The notes under the pieces: generated by a model | Told to the model about the DNA's origin: nothing | The model's input: the letters and a program-made list of their open reading frames with translations, nothing else | Database searches by the model: none | Shown here: positions 36,418 to 47,534 of the stretch, piece after piece | Layout: each line of letters begins with the position of its first letter | Position numbering within the stretch: position 1 is the stretch's first letter | Assembly: GCA_964194715.1 (NCBI GenBank) | Contig: CAXMNA010000011.1 | Location: 45,497-109,496 of the forward strand | Direction: 5' to 3' | From: an uncultured Gammaproteobacteria bacterium | GTDB lineage: Bacteria > Pseudomonadota > Gammaproteobacteria > GCA-001735895 | DNA length: 64,000 nucleotides | Position numbers and translations under genes: made by a program

Positions 36418-37332
36418 GTGAATATACTTTTCCTTTCATCTAGTCGGGGTAAAATTTGCGGGTTAAACCTGACAAAACCTTTACACCTGTTATTCATGAT
36501 TGGAATGGTGGGCCTGATTATGGCGGGCTCAGTGTATTTAGGATATACGCTCAATCCCGACCAGGATAACCAGGCCCTGATCGACGAATGGCAGGCGGAT
36601 GTACATCACCAACAGGTACAGCTAAGGCATATCCGTGAAGAGGCTGCTGCAGATATCGACGCGCTTTCATCGCGAATAGGATTGTTGCAAGCTCATGTCA
36701 TGCGGCTCGATGCGCTGGGACGTAAACTGGTACATATGGCCAGTATCGATAAAGGCGAATTTGATTTTGATAGTACGCCGGCCTTGGGTGGTCCCGAGAC
36801 TATTATCAACCAAGGGCTGGAACCGGACGAATTATCGCAGGCAATTGATCAACTGAGCTTTGAACTCGAAAATCGGGAAAACCAGCTGGTAGTGCTTGAG
36901 AACCTAGTGTTGGACGAAAACCTGCAGAAGGAAGTTCAACCCAGCGGCCGACCAATCATCAAGGGCTGGATTTCTTCCTACTTCGGCATGCGTACTCATC
37001 CCCTGTCGGGTCGCCGTGAAATGCACAAAGGCATCGATTTCGCCGGTAAACTCGGAGGGCCGGTTATTGCGGTTGCCAAGGGTGTGGTCACCTATGCGGG
37101 TAAACGTTACGGTTACGGTCAGGTAATCGATATTGCACACGGCAATGGATACACCACTCGCTACGGACACAATTCTCGTCTGCTGGTTTCAGTGGGCGAT
37201 ACCGTTGAAAAAGGCTTTCAAATCGCCGAGATTGGCTCTTCAGGCCGGTCCACCGGTCCTCACGTGCACTTCGAAGTGATCAAGAATGGACGCGAGACCA
37301 ATCCGGTGCGCTTCATTCGTGCGACGAATTGA
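36418..37332 (+). CDS. M23/LytM-family murein endopeptidase-like protein
   Basis: N-terminal TM helix, a coiled-coil middle, and C-terminal M23 motifs HKGIDFAG and GSSGRSTGPHVHFEV. Confidence 0.85.
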   Translation: MNILFLSSSRGKICGLNLTKPLHLLFMIGMVGLIMAGSVYLGYTLNPDQDNQALIDEWQADVHHQQVQLRHIREEAAADIDALSSRIGLLQAHVMRLDALGRKLVHMASIDKGEFDFDSTPALGGPETIINQGLEPDELSQAIDQLSFELENRENQLVVLENLVLDENLQKEVQPSGRPIIKGWISSYFGMRTHPLSGRREMHKGIDFAGKLGGPVIAVAKGVVTYAGKRYGYGQVIDIAHGNGYTTRYGHNSRLLVSVGDTVEKGFQIAEIGSSGRSTGPHVHFEVIKNGRETNPVRFIRATN

Positions 37333-37419
37333 TCGGGAGCACTGTTGTTCCACCTACACGCTTGAAACTTTTCAAGTAACCTCCACCTCTTAAAGTAGTT
37401 CTGTTAAAGCAGTCGTACG

Positions 37420-40113
37420 ATGTTGTCTAAAATCACAAAAACGCTATTCGGCAGTCGTAATGACCGCATAATTAAAGATCTCAAGCAGCGCATCGTCCAG
37501 ATAAATCGGCTCGAGCCGGAAATGCAGGCCCTCGATGACGCACGGTTGAAGCAAAAGACCGAGCAACTAAAGCAACGATTTGCTGATGGCGAAACCCTGG
37601 AGCAATTGATCGACGAAGCATTCGCGGTGTGTCGCGAAGCGTCGGTGCGGGCCCTGGGTATGCGACATTACGACGTGCAATTAATCGGCGGCATAATTCT
37701 CCATAATAATCAGATCACCGAAATGCGCACAGGTGAAGGTAAAACTCTGGTCGCAACTTTACCGGCCTATCTAAATGCACTCAGTGGCAAAGGTGTTCAT
37801 ATAGTCACGGTGAATGATTACCTGGCAGAGCGTGACGCCGAATGGATGGGACAACTTTACAACTTTCTGGGCTTAAGCGTCGGCGTCGTGTTGAGTACCA
37901 TGGATTATGAAACCAAACGCGAGTCCTATAGTGCCGACATAACCTACGGCACGAACAACCAGTTCGGATTTGACTACATGCACGACAATTTGTGTTTCGC
38001 GCTTGAAGAGCGCGTGCAGCGTGAGTTGAATTACGCAATAGTCGACGAAGTCGACTCGATCCTGATTGATGAGGCACGTACACCCCTGATTATTTCCGGG
38101 CAGGCCAGCGATAGCTCCGATTTATATACCCGCATTAACAAGATAATTCCACGTCTGACCCGGGTCGAAGGCGAGGATGGTCCTGGTGATTACAGCGTCG
38201 ATGAAAAATCCAAGCAAGCGTTCTTGACCGAATCAGGTCATGACACGGCGGAACAATTGATGACCGAGTCCGGGTTGCTGAAAGAGGGCGAAAGTCTTTA
38301 TGATGCAGCCAATATAGCACTGGTCCATCATCTAAATGCCGGCCTCCGGGCACATGCAATATACGCCAAGGATGTTGACTATATCGTTCAAGACGGTGCG
38401 ATCGTAATTGTCGATGAGTTTACCGGTCGAACGATGCCTGGCAGGCGCTGGTCCGAGGGCTTACACCAGGCAATCGAGGCAAAGGAAGGGGTTAGTATTC
38501 AGCACGAAAATCAGACTATTGCATCGATCACCTTTCAAAACTACTTCAGACTTTATAACAAGCTTGCCGGCATGACCGGTACCGCCGACACCGAGGCTTT
38601 CGAATTCCAGCAAATTTATGGCCTAGAAGTGGTCGTAGTACCCACTAATCAACCGATGATCCGCGAGGACTTTGGCGATCTGATCTACATAACGGTACCT
38701 GAAAAATTCGATTCGATCATCGAGGACATCCGCGACTGTGTCAGCCGAGGTCAACCAGTGCTGGTCGGCACCACCTCGGTCGAAACCTCGGAGTACCTGT
38801 CCGGATTGCTCGATAAGGTAAAGATAAAGCACCAGATTCTAAACGCCAAGCAACACGAACGTGAAGCCATGATTATTGCCGATGCTGGCATACCGGGTAA
38901 GGTCACCATCGCCACTAATATGGCAGGACGTGGTACCGATATCGTGCTGGGCGGGAATCTGGAGGTGCAGCTGAAGGATCTTCCAGAAGATCAAGAGGAA
39001 CAGCGCAACAAGTTGAATACGGAATGGCAACAGCTTCATGACCAGGTAATAGCAGCCGGAGGCTTGCATATCATCGGTACCGAACGGCACGAGTCCCGAC
39101 GTATCGACAATCAGTTGCGCGGTCGCTCGGGACGCCAGGGAGATCCAGGTTCATCTCGATTTTACCTGTCGATGGAAGACAGTCTGATGCGCATATTTGC
39201 ATCCGAGAAGGTTGCAGGACTGATGCAAAAACTGGGCATGGAAGAGGGTGAAGCGATCGAGCATCCATGGGTTAGCCGAGCGATCGAAAATGCACAACGC
39301 AAGGTCGAGGCTCATAACTTTGATATCCGTAAACAGCTATTGCAATACGACGATGTTGCTAACGACCAGCGCAAGGTCATCTACCAGCAACGGGATGACT
39401 TGTTGCATAGCGAGAGCATTACTGAAGCAATCGGCAATATGCGTAAGGATGTGCTGCAGGAAATCTTTCGCGGTCATATAGCACCGAATACAATTGATGA
39501 GCAGTGGGATATACCCGGTTTAGAGCAGATTCTGACAAACGAATTTGGTGTCGAATTGCCAATCGAGGGCTGGCTAAAAAGCGACGATCAAATTACCGAC
39601 GAAGAAATTTACGATCGAATTCTCGAGCAGTTTGAAAAGACTTACCAGGCGAAGGCAGACATGCTGGGTGATGAACTACTTATCCGTCTGGAAAAAGAAA
39701 TCACTCTGATGATTCTCGACCGGCATTGGAAAGATCATTTGGCTGCAATGGATTATCTGCGTCAGGGAATCGGTTTGCGTGGTTACGCGCAAAAGAATCC
39801 GGTACAGGAATACAAACGCGAATCATTCGAAATGTTTACCGATATGCTCGATGGTATCAACTACGAAGTAGTCCAGGCTTTGACCCGGGTACAAATTCGT
39901 GATGAGGAACAGGTTGAAGCATTAGAGCAAAGCCATCAGCCTGATCGGGATATCAAGATGGAACATGCCAGTGCCCAGAATCCCCTTAGTGTCCAGCAAC
40001 AGGACGAAGATCAGCATCAGCCATATGTGCGAAAGGAACGTAAAGTGGGACGCAACGAACCCTGTTGGTGTGGTTCGGGTAAAAAATTCAAGCAATGTCA
40101 CGGTAAACTATAA
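37420..40113 (+). CDS. secA: preprotein translocase ATPase SecA
   Basis: 897 aa with [32 protein letters not shown], and the C-terminal zinc tail [14 protein letters not shown]. Confidence 0.97.
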   Translation: MLSKITKTLFGSRNDRIIKDLKQRIVQINRLEPEMQALDDARLKQKTEQLKQRFADGETLEQLIDEAFAVCREASVRALGMRHYDVQLIGGIILHNNQITEMRTGEGKTLVATLPAYLNALSGKGVHIVTVNDYLAERDAEWMGQLYNFLGLSVGVVLSTMDYETKRESYSADITYGTNNQFGFDYMHDNLCFALEERVQRELNYAIVDEVDSILIDEARTPLIISGQASDSSDLYTRINKIIPRLTRVEGEDGPGDYSVDEKSKQAFLTESGHDTAEQLMTESGLLKEGESLYDAANIALVHHLNAGLRAHAIYAKDVDYIVQDGAIVIVDEFTGRTMPGRRWSEGLHQAIEAKEGVSIQHENQTIASITFQNYFRLYNKLAGMTGTADTEAFEFQQIYGLEVVVVPTNQPMIREDFGDLIYITVPEKFDSIIEDIRDCVSRGQPVLVGTTSVETSEYLSGLLDKVKIKHQILNAKQHEREAMIIADAGIPGKVTIATNMAGRGTDIVLGGNLEVQLKDLPEDQEEQRNKLNTEWQQLHDQVIAAGGLHIIGTERHESRRIDNQLRGRSGRQGDPGSSRFYLSMEDSLMRIFASEKVAGLMQKLGMEEGEAIEHPWVSRAIENAQRKVEAHNFDIRKQLLQYDDVANDQRKVIYQQRDDLLHSESITEAIGNMRKDVLQEIFRGHIAPNTIDEQWDIPGLEQILTNEFGVELPIEGWLKSDDQITDEEIYDRILEQFEKTYQAKADMLGDELLIRLEKEITLMILDRHWKDHLAAMDYLRQGIGLRGYAQKNPVQEYKRESFEMFTDMLDGINYEVVQALTRVQIRDEEQVEALEQSHQPDRDIKMEHASAQNPLSVQQQDEDQHQPYVRKERKVGRNEPCWCGSGKKFKQCHGKL

Positions 40114-40124
40114 GGTCGCATATA

Positions 40125-41336
40125 TTGGCCGTTGGATTGAAATCTCCGGGTTATCTGCATCCGATCAAAGGTATTCGCCTGAGTGCGACTCATAGCGGTA
40201 TCAAACAAGATAACAAGGTGAAAGACCTAACTCTTATTGAAATCGAAGAGGGGTCAAGTGTCGCGGCAGTGTTTACCCGTAATCGCTTTTGCGCTGCCCC
40301 GGTAACGGTTGCGCGCCAGCATCTGGCGAAAGTACCTGGATCCCGCTATCTGCTAATTAATTCCGGTAACGCTAATGCAGGCACCGGCGATCATGGTATA
40401 CATGCAGCACAGCAGAGTTGTGCAGCTGTAGCCGAGGCCACAACGGTAAGCCCCGAATCCGTGCTACCGTTTTCCACCGGAGTGATCGCTACGCCTTTAC
40501 CCCAAGAAAAAATAATCTCGGCGGTTCCGGCTTTGTATGCTTCGTTACAAGCCGATAACTGGTTGCAGGCCGCGGAAGGGATCATGACCACTGATACTCT
40601 GCCAAAAGCCTTTAGCAATCAGATATTTATCGAGGATCAGGAGCTAACGATAACCGGGATATCGAAGGGCTCCGGCATGATTAGGCCGGATATGGCGACC
40701 ATGTTAAGTTACGTCGCAACCGATGCAGTGATCGAGCCTGACGAGTTGCAAAGCTTACTTGAACAGGTCGTGGCCAGATCGTTTAACTCGATCACGGTTG
40801 ACGGGGACACATCGACAAACGATTCCTGTGTACTGGTGGCAACAGGTGCCAGCGGTGTACGGGTATCCGCCAAGCACGTCGATTTTGTTACCGCCCTGAC
40901 ACAGACATTTCAACAGCTTGCGCAGGCGATTATTCGTGATGCCGAAGGTGCGACCAAGTTCATTCAAATCGATGTGCAACAGGCTTTAAGCGTTGCTGAT
41001 GCAAGAGAGGTCGCATACTGCATCGCACATTCACCACTGGTCAAAACAGCCCTGTTTGCATCGGATCCAAATTGGGGTCGAATACTGGCAGCAGTGGGCC
41101 GTGCCCAGGTTGATAGTCTCGACATTGATCTGGTAGATCTCTATCTTGGCGATACCTGTTTGCTGAAACAGGGTTTGCCTGATCTTGAGTATACGGAAGC
41201 AAAGGGACAAGCTGCGATGGCCGGTGACGAGATAGAAATCCGGGTCAACCTGAATCAGGGAATTGGCGATGCCAGGATCTGGACTTCTGACTTGTCTTAC
41301 GAATATGTCAAGATAAATGCCGAATACCGAAGCTGA
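40125..41336 (+). CDS. argJ: bifunctional ornithine acetyltransferase / N-acetylglutamate synthase
   Basis: 403 aa with a TTG start and the autoprocessing region KGSGMIRPDMATMLSYVATDA. Confidence 0.92.
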   Translation: MAVGLKSPGYLHPIKGIRLSATHSGIKQDNKVKDLTLIEIEEGSSVAAVFTRNRFCAAPVTVARQHLAKVPGSRYLLINSGNANAGTGDHGIHAAQQSCAAVAEATTVSPESVLPFSTGVIATPLPQEKIISAVPALYASLQADNWLQAAEGIMTTDTLPKAFSNQIFIEDQELTITGISKGSGMIRPDMATMLSYVATDAVIEPDELQSLLEQVVARSFNSITVDGDTSTNDSCVLVATGASGVRVSAKHVDFVTALTQTFQQLAQAIIRDAEGATKFIQIDVQQALSVADAREVAYCIAHSPLVKTALFASDPNWGRILAAVGRAQVDSLDIDLVDLYLGDTCLLKQGLPDLEYTEAKGQAAMAGDEIEIRVNLNQGIGDARIWTSDLSYEYVKINAEYRS

Positions 41337-41790
41337 TAATCCGATTATCAATCCGACCTCGATTCATGAGGATCACATCCATGTTGTTGCAGCACTCATC
41401 TGGAATCAATCAAATCGCGGGCAGTTTCTGATCGCTCAGCGTCAGAAGGGAAAACACCTGGAAGATTACTGGGAATTTCCGGGAGGCAAGTTGGAAACCA
41501 CCGAATCTCCGTGGCAGGGGTTACAGCGTGAACTCCGCGAAGAAATCAATATCCAGCCCATCAATGGGTCACCATACATGCAGGTATATTACCGTTATCC
41601 GGAGCGGAACGTTTTGCTCGATGTATGGGTAGTCAAGGCATACCAGGGTGAAATTGAGCCGAGGGAACAACAGACAATTATGTGGATCGATGTAACGCAG
41701 ACCGATAAATATCGCTTTCCACCAGCGGATATTCCGATTCTTGAGGCTATAAAGAACAGCGAGAGAGTAGGAACTCTACGTCTTCCTTAA
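41317..41790 (+). CDS. mutT: 8-oxo-dGTP diphosphatase (Nudix)
   Basis: Nudix box GGKLETTESPWQGLQRELREEINI. Conserved secA-(argJ)-mutT context. Confidence 0.85.
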   Translation: MPNTEADNPIINPTSIHEDHIHVVAALIWNQSNRGQFLIAQRQKGKHLEDYWEFPGGKLETTESPWQGLQRELREEINIQPINGSPYMQVYYRYPERNVLLDVWVVKAYQGEIEPREQQTIMWIDVTQTDKYRFPPADIPILEAIKNSERVGTLRLP

Positions 41791-42520
41791 CTTGGGTAGC
41801 CATCGTTTCCCCCGGGATTACGTGCATAAATCTTACTGAATAGCGGTGCTTGCCTGCGCTAATTTCCGGGTAAATCAATTCGTTGGCATCAACACCGATT
41901 CGAATCAACTGGGTAGATTGCTTGGTATCTAATGGCTGCTGGTAAAAACCTTTATCTGCGACAACAGGTTTAGCGGTGGCACTTTCACGAATGCTTGTCA
42001 AAATCAATTCGATAACTTCTTCTAACTCTCCATAAGGTGCAACCCATTCATGCAGATCCGACAGGCGTTCCTCGTGAGTTCGATTGAGCCAGAAGCGTAG
42101 TTGCGGTAAATCGAAATCACAAGATCCACCGGGAATCGAAGTGCGCTGTTTTATGCCGAGTAGAAAATCAACACGTTTTAAATGTTCGCCTAACTTGCCA
42201 TCGAGTCGATGTAGTCGTTCGAGTGAATTTTTTTGCTTGCTTAAAGTGAGATCCAGCTTGGAGTGATCGATTCCCTTGTGTTTTGACAGTGCCTTGAGTG
42301 AGCCGTGCTGACGCTCAAGCTCTTTCATTAGCTCCTGTTTTAAATCGCCACGTTCCAGCAGGGAAGTTAGCTCGAGAATAGTCAGCAGTGCACTATAGGC
42401 GCTCCAGTCACCTTTTAATCCTTCGAAATAGTGAAACCGTTTCATCAAAGTTTCGACGCGCAGGCACATGCGGATACGCTCGTTTAACGGTTGTTCAAAG
42501 ATATGGAATTTAGACGGCAT
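41747..42520 (-). CDS. zapD: cell division protein ZapD
   Basis: 257 aa. The N-terminus FEQPLNERIRMCLRVETL parallels E. coli ZapD (FEHPLNEKMRTWLRIEFL). It lies adjacent to coaE. Confidence 0.85.
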   Translation of the reverse strand: MPSKFHIFEQPLNERIRMCLRVETLMKRFHYFEGLKGDWSAYSALLTILELTSLLERGDLKQELMKELERQHGSLKALSKHKGIDHSKLDLTLSKQKNSLERLHRLDGKLGEHLKRVDFLLGIKQRTSIPGGSCDFDLPQLRFWLNRTHEERLSDLHEWVAPYGELEEVIELILTSIRESATAKPVVADKGFYQQPLDTKQSTQLIRIGVDANELIYPEISAGKHRYSVRFMHVIPGETMATQVKEDVEFLLSRCSL

Positions 42521-42611
42521 CGCTCGTGGAGATCAGCAAAACGCTTAAAGTATAGCCGAAAACAGGAGGTACATGTCGATGCCGGATTAACTGTAACAAG
42601 ACCATCTGCGG

Positions 42612-43211
42612 CTAAGCTCCAGATTGTTGCAGATAGTTTTGGTGCAAAACTTCAACCTGAGAACCAAGGTCAATGTCGCCAGCTCGGTTATCGATGATGT
42701 CGTGGGCCCTGGCTAGTCGCTCCGAGTTGCTTAACTGCTGGGACATCATCTTACGTGCCAGTGCTTCATCTATATGATCGCGTTTTAGCAGACGTTCGAT
42801 CTGTAACTCCGCTGGGCAGTCAACTACCAGAATGCGGTCGACCAGCGATTGAAAATTTGTTTCAAATAGTAAAGGAATCACCACCAGCACATAGCTTGCT
42901 CGAGAATGCTCAAGCATTGCGTCATGGCTTCGTTGAAAAATTAGCGGATGCAGCATGGTTTCGAGCCAGGATTTCTCATCCGGTTTTGAGAATACTATCT
43001 TGCGTAATTTCGCCCTATCGATGCTGTTGTCCGAGTTTAAAATGTCGCTGCTAAAATGAGCACAAACCTGATCGTAAGCAAGCTCGCCCGGCGTGAGCAG
43101 TTTGCGACTGATAATGTCAGTGTCAATAACCGGAACCCCGAGCTCGGCAAACAGGTTGCTGACTTTAGTTTTGCCGGATGCGATGCCACCGGTTAGGCCG
43201 ACTGAAAACAT
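42612..43211 (-). CDS. coaE: dephospho-CoA kinase
   Basis: 199 aa with the P-loop GLTGGIASGKT. Confidence 0.92.
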   Translation of the reverse strand: MFSVGLTGGIASGKTKVSNLFAELGVPVIDTDIISRKLLTPGELAYDQVCAHFSSDILNSDNSIDRAKLRKIVFSKPDEKSWLETMLHPLIFQRSHDAMLEHSRASYVLVVIPLLFETNFQSLVDRILVVDCPAELQIERLLKRDHIDEALARKMMSQQLSNSERLARAHDIIDNRAGDIDLGSQVEVLHQNYLQQSGA

Positions 43212-43224
43212 GACGCCGACGCAA

Positions 43225-44100
43225 CTAAAGCCCGAACAGGGAGAAATACAAATGCATTAATTCGTTACCCCACAGTAATGTAATCCATCCCGCCGCGGCG
43301 AGATAGGGGCCAAACGGAATCTGGGTGCTGCGTTCGGTTTTCTTAAGCGCAATCATGGTAATACCGACTACTGCGCCAACCAGCGAAGATGTCAGGATTA
43401 CAACGAACAGCGGTTTCCATCCTAACCAGGCCCCAAGCATCGCCAGTAGTTTGAAGTCTCCGTACCCCATGCCCTCCTTGCCGGTAACCATTTTAAACAG
43501 TATAAAAACCGTCCACAAGATCATGTATCCAGCTATCACCCCTATAACGCTGGCCTCGAGGCTGACGAACACATCGAATAGCGATAGCAGAATGCCGAGC
43601 CACAACAAGGGTAGTGTTATATTATCGGGCAGTAGTTTGTGACCGATGTCGATTCCACTCGCCGCGATCAGGCACCAGGACAGGAACAAGGCAGCTATTG
43701 CCTGCAGGCTAACGCCGAAATGCCACCCGACAATTACTGAAACAATGGCGGTAAAAAGTTCAACCAGGGGGTATTGTCGCGAAATTGGGGCCTTGCATTC
43801 AGCGCATTTACCGCCCAGTGCCAGGTAACTGACTAGTGGAATATTTTCGAGGGCGGTGATTTGATGTCCACAGTGACCACAGCGTGAGCGGGGTACGCCC
43901 AGATTGAATTTCTCTGCCTCAGGAGCAGCGGGCTGTTCGAGAAACTCGAGGCAATCATGCCGCCATTCGCGTTGCATCATCACCGGCAATCGGTAAATGA
44001 CAACATTCAGAAAACTACCGACAACCGCTCCGAGTACGAACAGAGTCCCGAAGTATATAATCGGCTGCTGTTCGAATAAGGAAATGAACAGGTCGAGCAA
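43225..44100 (-). CDS. pilD: prepilin peptidase / N-methyltransferase
   Basis: 291 aa polytopic protein with the Cys cluster CGHCGH...CAEC and the Asp motif GMGYGDFKLLAMLG. Confidence 0.93.
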   Translation of the reverse strand: MLDLFISLFEQQPIIYFGTLFVLGAVVGSFLNVVIYRLPVMMQREWRHDCLEFLEQPAAPEAEKFNLGVPRSRCGHCGHQITALENIPLVSYLALGGKCAECKAPISRQYPLVELFTAIVSVIVGWHFGVSLQAIAALFLSWCLIAASGIDIGHKLLPDNITLPLLWLGILLSLFDVFVSLEASVIGVIAGYMILWTVFILFKMVTGKEGMGYGDFKLLAMLGAWLGWKPLFVVILTSSLVGAVVGITMIALKKTERSTQIPFGPYLAAAGWITLLWGNELMHLYFSLFGL

Positions 44101-44110
44101 TCAGGTATTC

Positions 44111-45331
44111 CTAGACCACGGATCCCAGCTTGAAGATAGGCAGGTACATCGCGACGATCAAACCACCAACGAGGACACCGAGTACGGACATAATAATGGG
44201 TTCGAGCAGCGATGTGAGCGCGTCGACCGCGTTATCGACCTCGGTCTCGTAAAAATCGGCTACCCTGGCCAGCATCGCATCGAGCGAACCGGCTTCCTCA
44301 CCGATCGAGACCATCTGGATCGCCATGTTGGGAAACAGTGCGGTGTTGCGCATCGCGGTTTGTAACTGGGTGCCTTGCGTTACTTCATCCCTGATTCTAA
44401 GACTGGCATCGTGGTAAATGATATTACCGCATGCGCCCGCGACCGAATCCATCGCCTCTACCAGCGGTACACCCGCGGCGGACATGGTTTCGAGGGTGCG
44501 GGAAAACCTGGCAATGGCCGAATTGGTTGCGATATCCCCAATCACCGGGGCCTTTAGCGCCATTCGATCGAACCACTCCTGCATCCTGTGAGAGGTCTTT
44601 TTAATTCTCAGTAACAGCCACACGCCGCCGGCAATGCCGCCTGCAATCATATACCACCATTCCTGCATAAATGCGGACAGGTCGATTACGAATCGAGTCA
44701 GCGCCGGCAAATCAGCGCCAAACGAGTTAAACAGCTCCTCGAATTGGGGCACCACGAATATCAGCAGGATTACGGTGACGATAAAGGCAACGATCACTAC
44801 CGCGATCGGATAAAACAGCGCTTTTTTAACCTTGGCCTTGAGCGCCTCGGTCTTCTCCTTGTAGGTCGCCAATTTGTCGAGCATGCTTTCCAGCGCACCG
44901 GATTGCTCGCCGGCATTGACGAGGTTGATAAAAAGCTGGTCAAAATAAAGGGGGTGTTTTGACAGCGCTTCGGCCAACGAGACACCACCTTCGACTTCGG
45001 TCTTAATGGCCAGAATCAGCTTCTGCATCGATAGCTTATCGTGGCCCTGGCCAATGATTTCGAAAGACTGGACCAGCGGCACACCAGCCTGCATCATGGT
45101 CGCAATCTGGCGCGCAAAAATCGCGATATCGGCGGGCTCGGGCTTTGCCGAGCCGAATAATGGCTGTGGCTTTTTCTTGACCTTGAGCGGATTGACCCCC
45201 TGCTTACGCAGTTCACTCTTGGCGAGGGTATCACTGAGCGCGAAAATTTCACCCTTCACCTTGGTACCGGCACGGTTGGTGCCTTCGTAAGTGAATTCGA
45301 CTTTTTCTACTTTTTTTGCTTTTGCTGCCAT
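44111..45331 (-). CDS. pilC: type IV pilus assembly platform protein
   Basis: 406 aa GspF-family protein with two repeated cytoplasmic domains and 3 TM helices. It lies between pilB and pilD. Confidence 0.92.
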   Translation of the reverse strand: MAAKAKKVEKVEFTYEGTNRAGTKVKGEIFALSDTLAKSELRKQGVNPLKVKKKPQPLFGSAKPEPADIAIFARQIATMMQAGVPLVQSFEIIGQGHDKLSMQKLILAIKTEVEGGVSLAEALSKHPLYFDQLFINLVNAGEQSGALESMLDKLATYKEKTEALKAKVKKALFYPIAVVIVAFIVTVILLIFVVPQFEELFNSFGADLPALTRFVIDLSAFMQEWWYMIAGGIAGGVWLLLRIKKTSHRMQEWFDRMALKAPVIGDIATNSAIARFSRTLETMSAAGVPLVEAMDSVAGACGNIIYHDASLRIRDEVTQGTQLQTAMRNTALFPNMAIQMVSIGEEAGSLDAMLARVADFYETEVDNAVDALTSLLEPIIMSVLGVLVGGLIVAMYLPIFKLGSVV

Positions 45332-45334
45332 TGC

Positions 45335-47041
45335 TTAGTCCTTTGTTACCCGGTTTGCTTCTTCGAGGCTGAGTAAGCCCTGCATAACTTTCTTGAGTGC
45401 AGAGCGACGCAGGTCGTCAATGCCTTCTTTTCGAGCCTGGTCGGCCAGATCGATTGAATTGGCGCCGCCCATGATCAGGCGCCCCATTTTCTCGGAAATG
45501 GCCATAACCTGGTAAATGCCGACTCGACCCTTGTAGCCGCCGGTGCACTTATCGCAGCCCACGGCCTTGTGTATTTTGAAACCTTCCGCCAAATCTGCTT
45601 TGGTAAAACCCTCATCCACCAGGACTTGTTTCGGCAGGTCATCCAATGTTTTGCAATCTTCACACAGGCGTCTGCCGAGACGCTGGGCGATGATCAGGTT
45701 GACCGAAGTGGCAATGTTAAATGCCGGCACGCCCATGTTCATCAGTCGAGTCAGGGTTTGTGGCGCATCGTTAGTATGCAATGTCGACAATACCAGGTGA
45801 CCGGTTTGCGCCGCCTTGATCGCGATACCGGCGGTTTCAAGATCACGAATCTCACCCACCATGATGATGTCGGGATCCTGGCGCAGGAATGCTTTCAGAG
45901 CTTCGGCGAAGGTCAACCCTACCTTTTCGTTGACATTAACCTGGTTGATTCCTTCGAGATTGATCTCCGCGGGATCTTCGGCGGTCGAAATGTTGGTTTC
46001 CGGAACATTTAAAATATTAAGGCCTGTATACAGGGATACGGTCTTACCGCTACCAGTCGGACCCGTTACCAGGATCATGCCGTAGGGATTGGATAGTGCA
46101 TCCATGTAGAGTTGTTTTTGTTCCGGCTCGTAACCGAGTGCATCGATGCCGAGCTGGGCGCTTGACGGATCGAGGATACGCAGCACGACCTTTTCGCCGA
46201 ACAGGGTGGGGCAGGTGTTGACGCGAAAGTCGATGGCGCGTTTCTTCGATAGCTTGAGTTTGATACGGCCGTCTTGTGGCACCCGGCGTTCGGAGATATC
46301 CATTCGTGACATGACCTTGACGCGGGCAGTTAACTTGGCCGCGAGATTGATCGGTGGCGAGGCAACCTCGGAAAGTATGCCGTCGATACGGTAGCGCACG
46401 CGGTAGCGCTTTTCATAGGGCTCGAAGTGTATGTCCGAGGCCCCCTTGTTGATCGCATCGACCAGAACCTTGTTGACGTACTTGACGACCGGTGCATCTT
46501 CGGCGTCGGCGGCGCTGGCCGCTTGCTGTTCTTCCTCCTCGCCGCCGATATCGAGGTCTTCGAGATCGTCGTCGAGCATATCGTCCATCCCGGAATCCAT
46601 CGCGCTGACCGCTTTTTCGATGAATTCGGCGAGTTGGTCTTCCTGCACCAGCACGGCTTCGGTCGATAGGCCGGTGGCAAACTTGAATTCGTCCAGCGCC
46701 TGGGAATTGGTTGGGCTCGAGATCGCGATGAACAGCCGGTTACCGCGCTTGAACAGCGGCACCGCATTGAGCTTGAGAATCAGCTTTTCTTCGACCAGGT
46801 TGAAGGCAGCTAATTCGGTATCCATGACCGTCAGATCGAACAACGGTAAGCCGAATTCGTGCGAGGAAATCATCGCGATCACTGCCGGTGCGACGAGTTT
46901 ATTAGTAACCAGATAGCTGGTTAACTGAATACTTTCCTTGTTCGCGTTTTCGACTGCCTCGATCGCGCTGGCTTCATCGAGGTGGTTATCGAGAACCAGC
47001 TTGCGCGCGATTCCGCTCAAATTCATGTTGGTTGCAGCCAT
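45335..47041 (-). CDS. pilB: type IV pilus assembly ATPase
   Basis: 568 aa with Walker A GPTGSGKT, Walker B/Asp box (IIMVGEIRD), His box, and the tetracysteine motif CEDC...CDKC. Confidence 0.95.
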   Translation of the reverse strand: MAATNMNLSGIARKLVLDNHLDEASAIEAVENANKESIQLTSYLVTNKLVAPAVIAMISSHEFGLPLFDLTVMDTELAAFNLVEEKLILKLNAVPLFKRGNRLFIAISSPTNSQALDEFKFATGLSTEAVLVQEDQLAEFIEKAVSAMDSGMDDMLDDDLEDLDIGGEEEEQQAASAADAEDAPVVKYVNKVLVDAINKGASDIHFEPYEKRYRVRYRIDGILSEVASPPINLAAKLTARVKVMSRMDISERRVPQDGRIKLKLSKKRAIDFRVNTCPTLFGEKVVLRILDPSSAQLGIDALGYEPEQKQLYMDALSNPYGMILVTGPTGSGKTVSLYTGLNILNVPETNISTAEDPAEINLEGINQVNVNEKVGLTFAEALKAFLRQDPDIIMVGEIRDLETAGIAIKAAQTGHLVLSTLHTNDAPQTLTRLMNMGVPAFNIATSVNLIIAQRLGRRLCEDCKTLDDLPKQVLVDEGFTKADLAEGFKIHKAVGCDKCTGGYKGRVGIYQVMAISEKMGRLIMGGANSIDLADQARKEGIDDLRRSALKKVMQGLLSLEEANRVTKD

Positions 47042-47390
47042 AAGCAGTCTTTATTATCGAGATTCGGGTTGTTTGACCAAACTCAAAGTATATTATAGTT
47101 TCACGGTATTATTGAGATATCTGTCTACTAATTAAAGCACAATAATGCCCAAAGTCGATAAATTTTACTATCGAACGATTTCTTATGAAATCAGGTGCTT
47201 ATTGGGCAAGGTTAAATCAGTTTATTAATATTTTTTTTGCGCTTTATCGGCCCAGCGCGAGACTTGCGTGACCCATGCCCGGGAGCCACGATTCAAAGGT
47301 AATCTGTAGCCGTAACTAGTTAGCAGAATCCTAAACAACTGAATATAATCCAGCTAGAATGTTGAACCTGAGTTTTGTTTTGCCTGGAAC

Positions 47391-47437
47391 TGACAAAATA
47401 ATCCGAAACAATTGTCAATATTTGACAAAAATGTCAA
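47391..47437 (+). promoter_or_regulatory. candidate PilR enhancer (UAS): cluster of TGTC/GACA half-sites including a 17-bp palindrome
   Basis: TGACAA (47391), the palindrome TTGTCAA-TAT-TTGACAA (47412-47428), and TGTCAA (47432). The cluster is ~100-145 bp upstream of the sigma54 promoter. Confidence 0.45.
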
Positions 47438-47534
47438 TTATTAGCCCCTGTTAAAAACAATAAAATCACTCAGGAATTCAAAAAATCATCATAACTTATT
47501 GAATTTTTTAGAGTTATCTGGATTGTTAGAGAAC

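Noticed and set aside
46330-46916. Long ORFs inside pilB on both strands (46330..46767 -, 46431..46916 +, 45569..46012 +).
   Set aside because: They overlap the strongly supported pilB frame. Their translations are low-complexity (Ser/Arg/Ala-rich) with no recognisable motifs. They are shadow ORFs.
47042-47390. I searched the pilB-pilA intergenic region for a tRNA (a tRNA-Thr flanks pilA in some Pseudomonas) or a small ORF.
   Set aside because: No cloverleaf or T-loop (GTTCGAATC-like) is present. The only ORFs are under 30 codons and lack an RBS.
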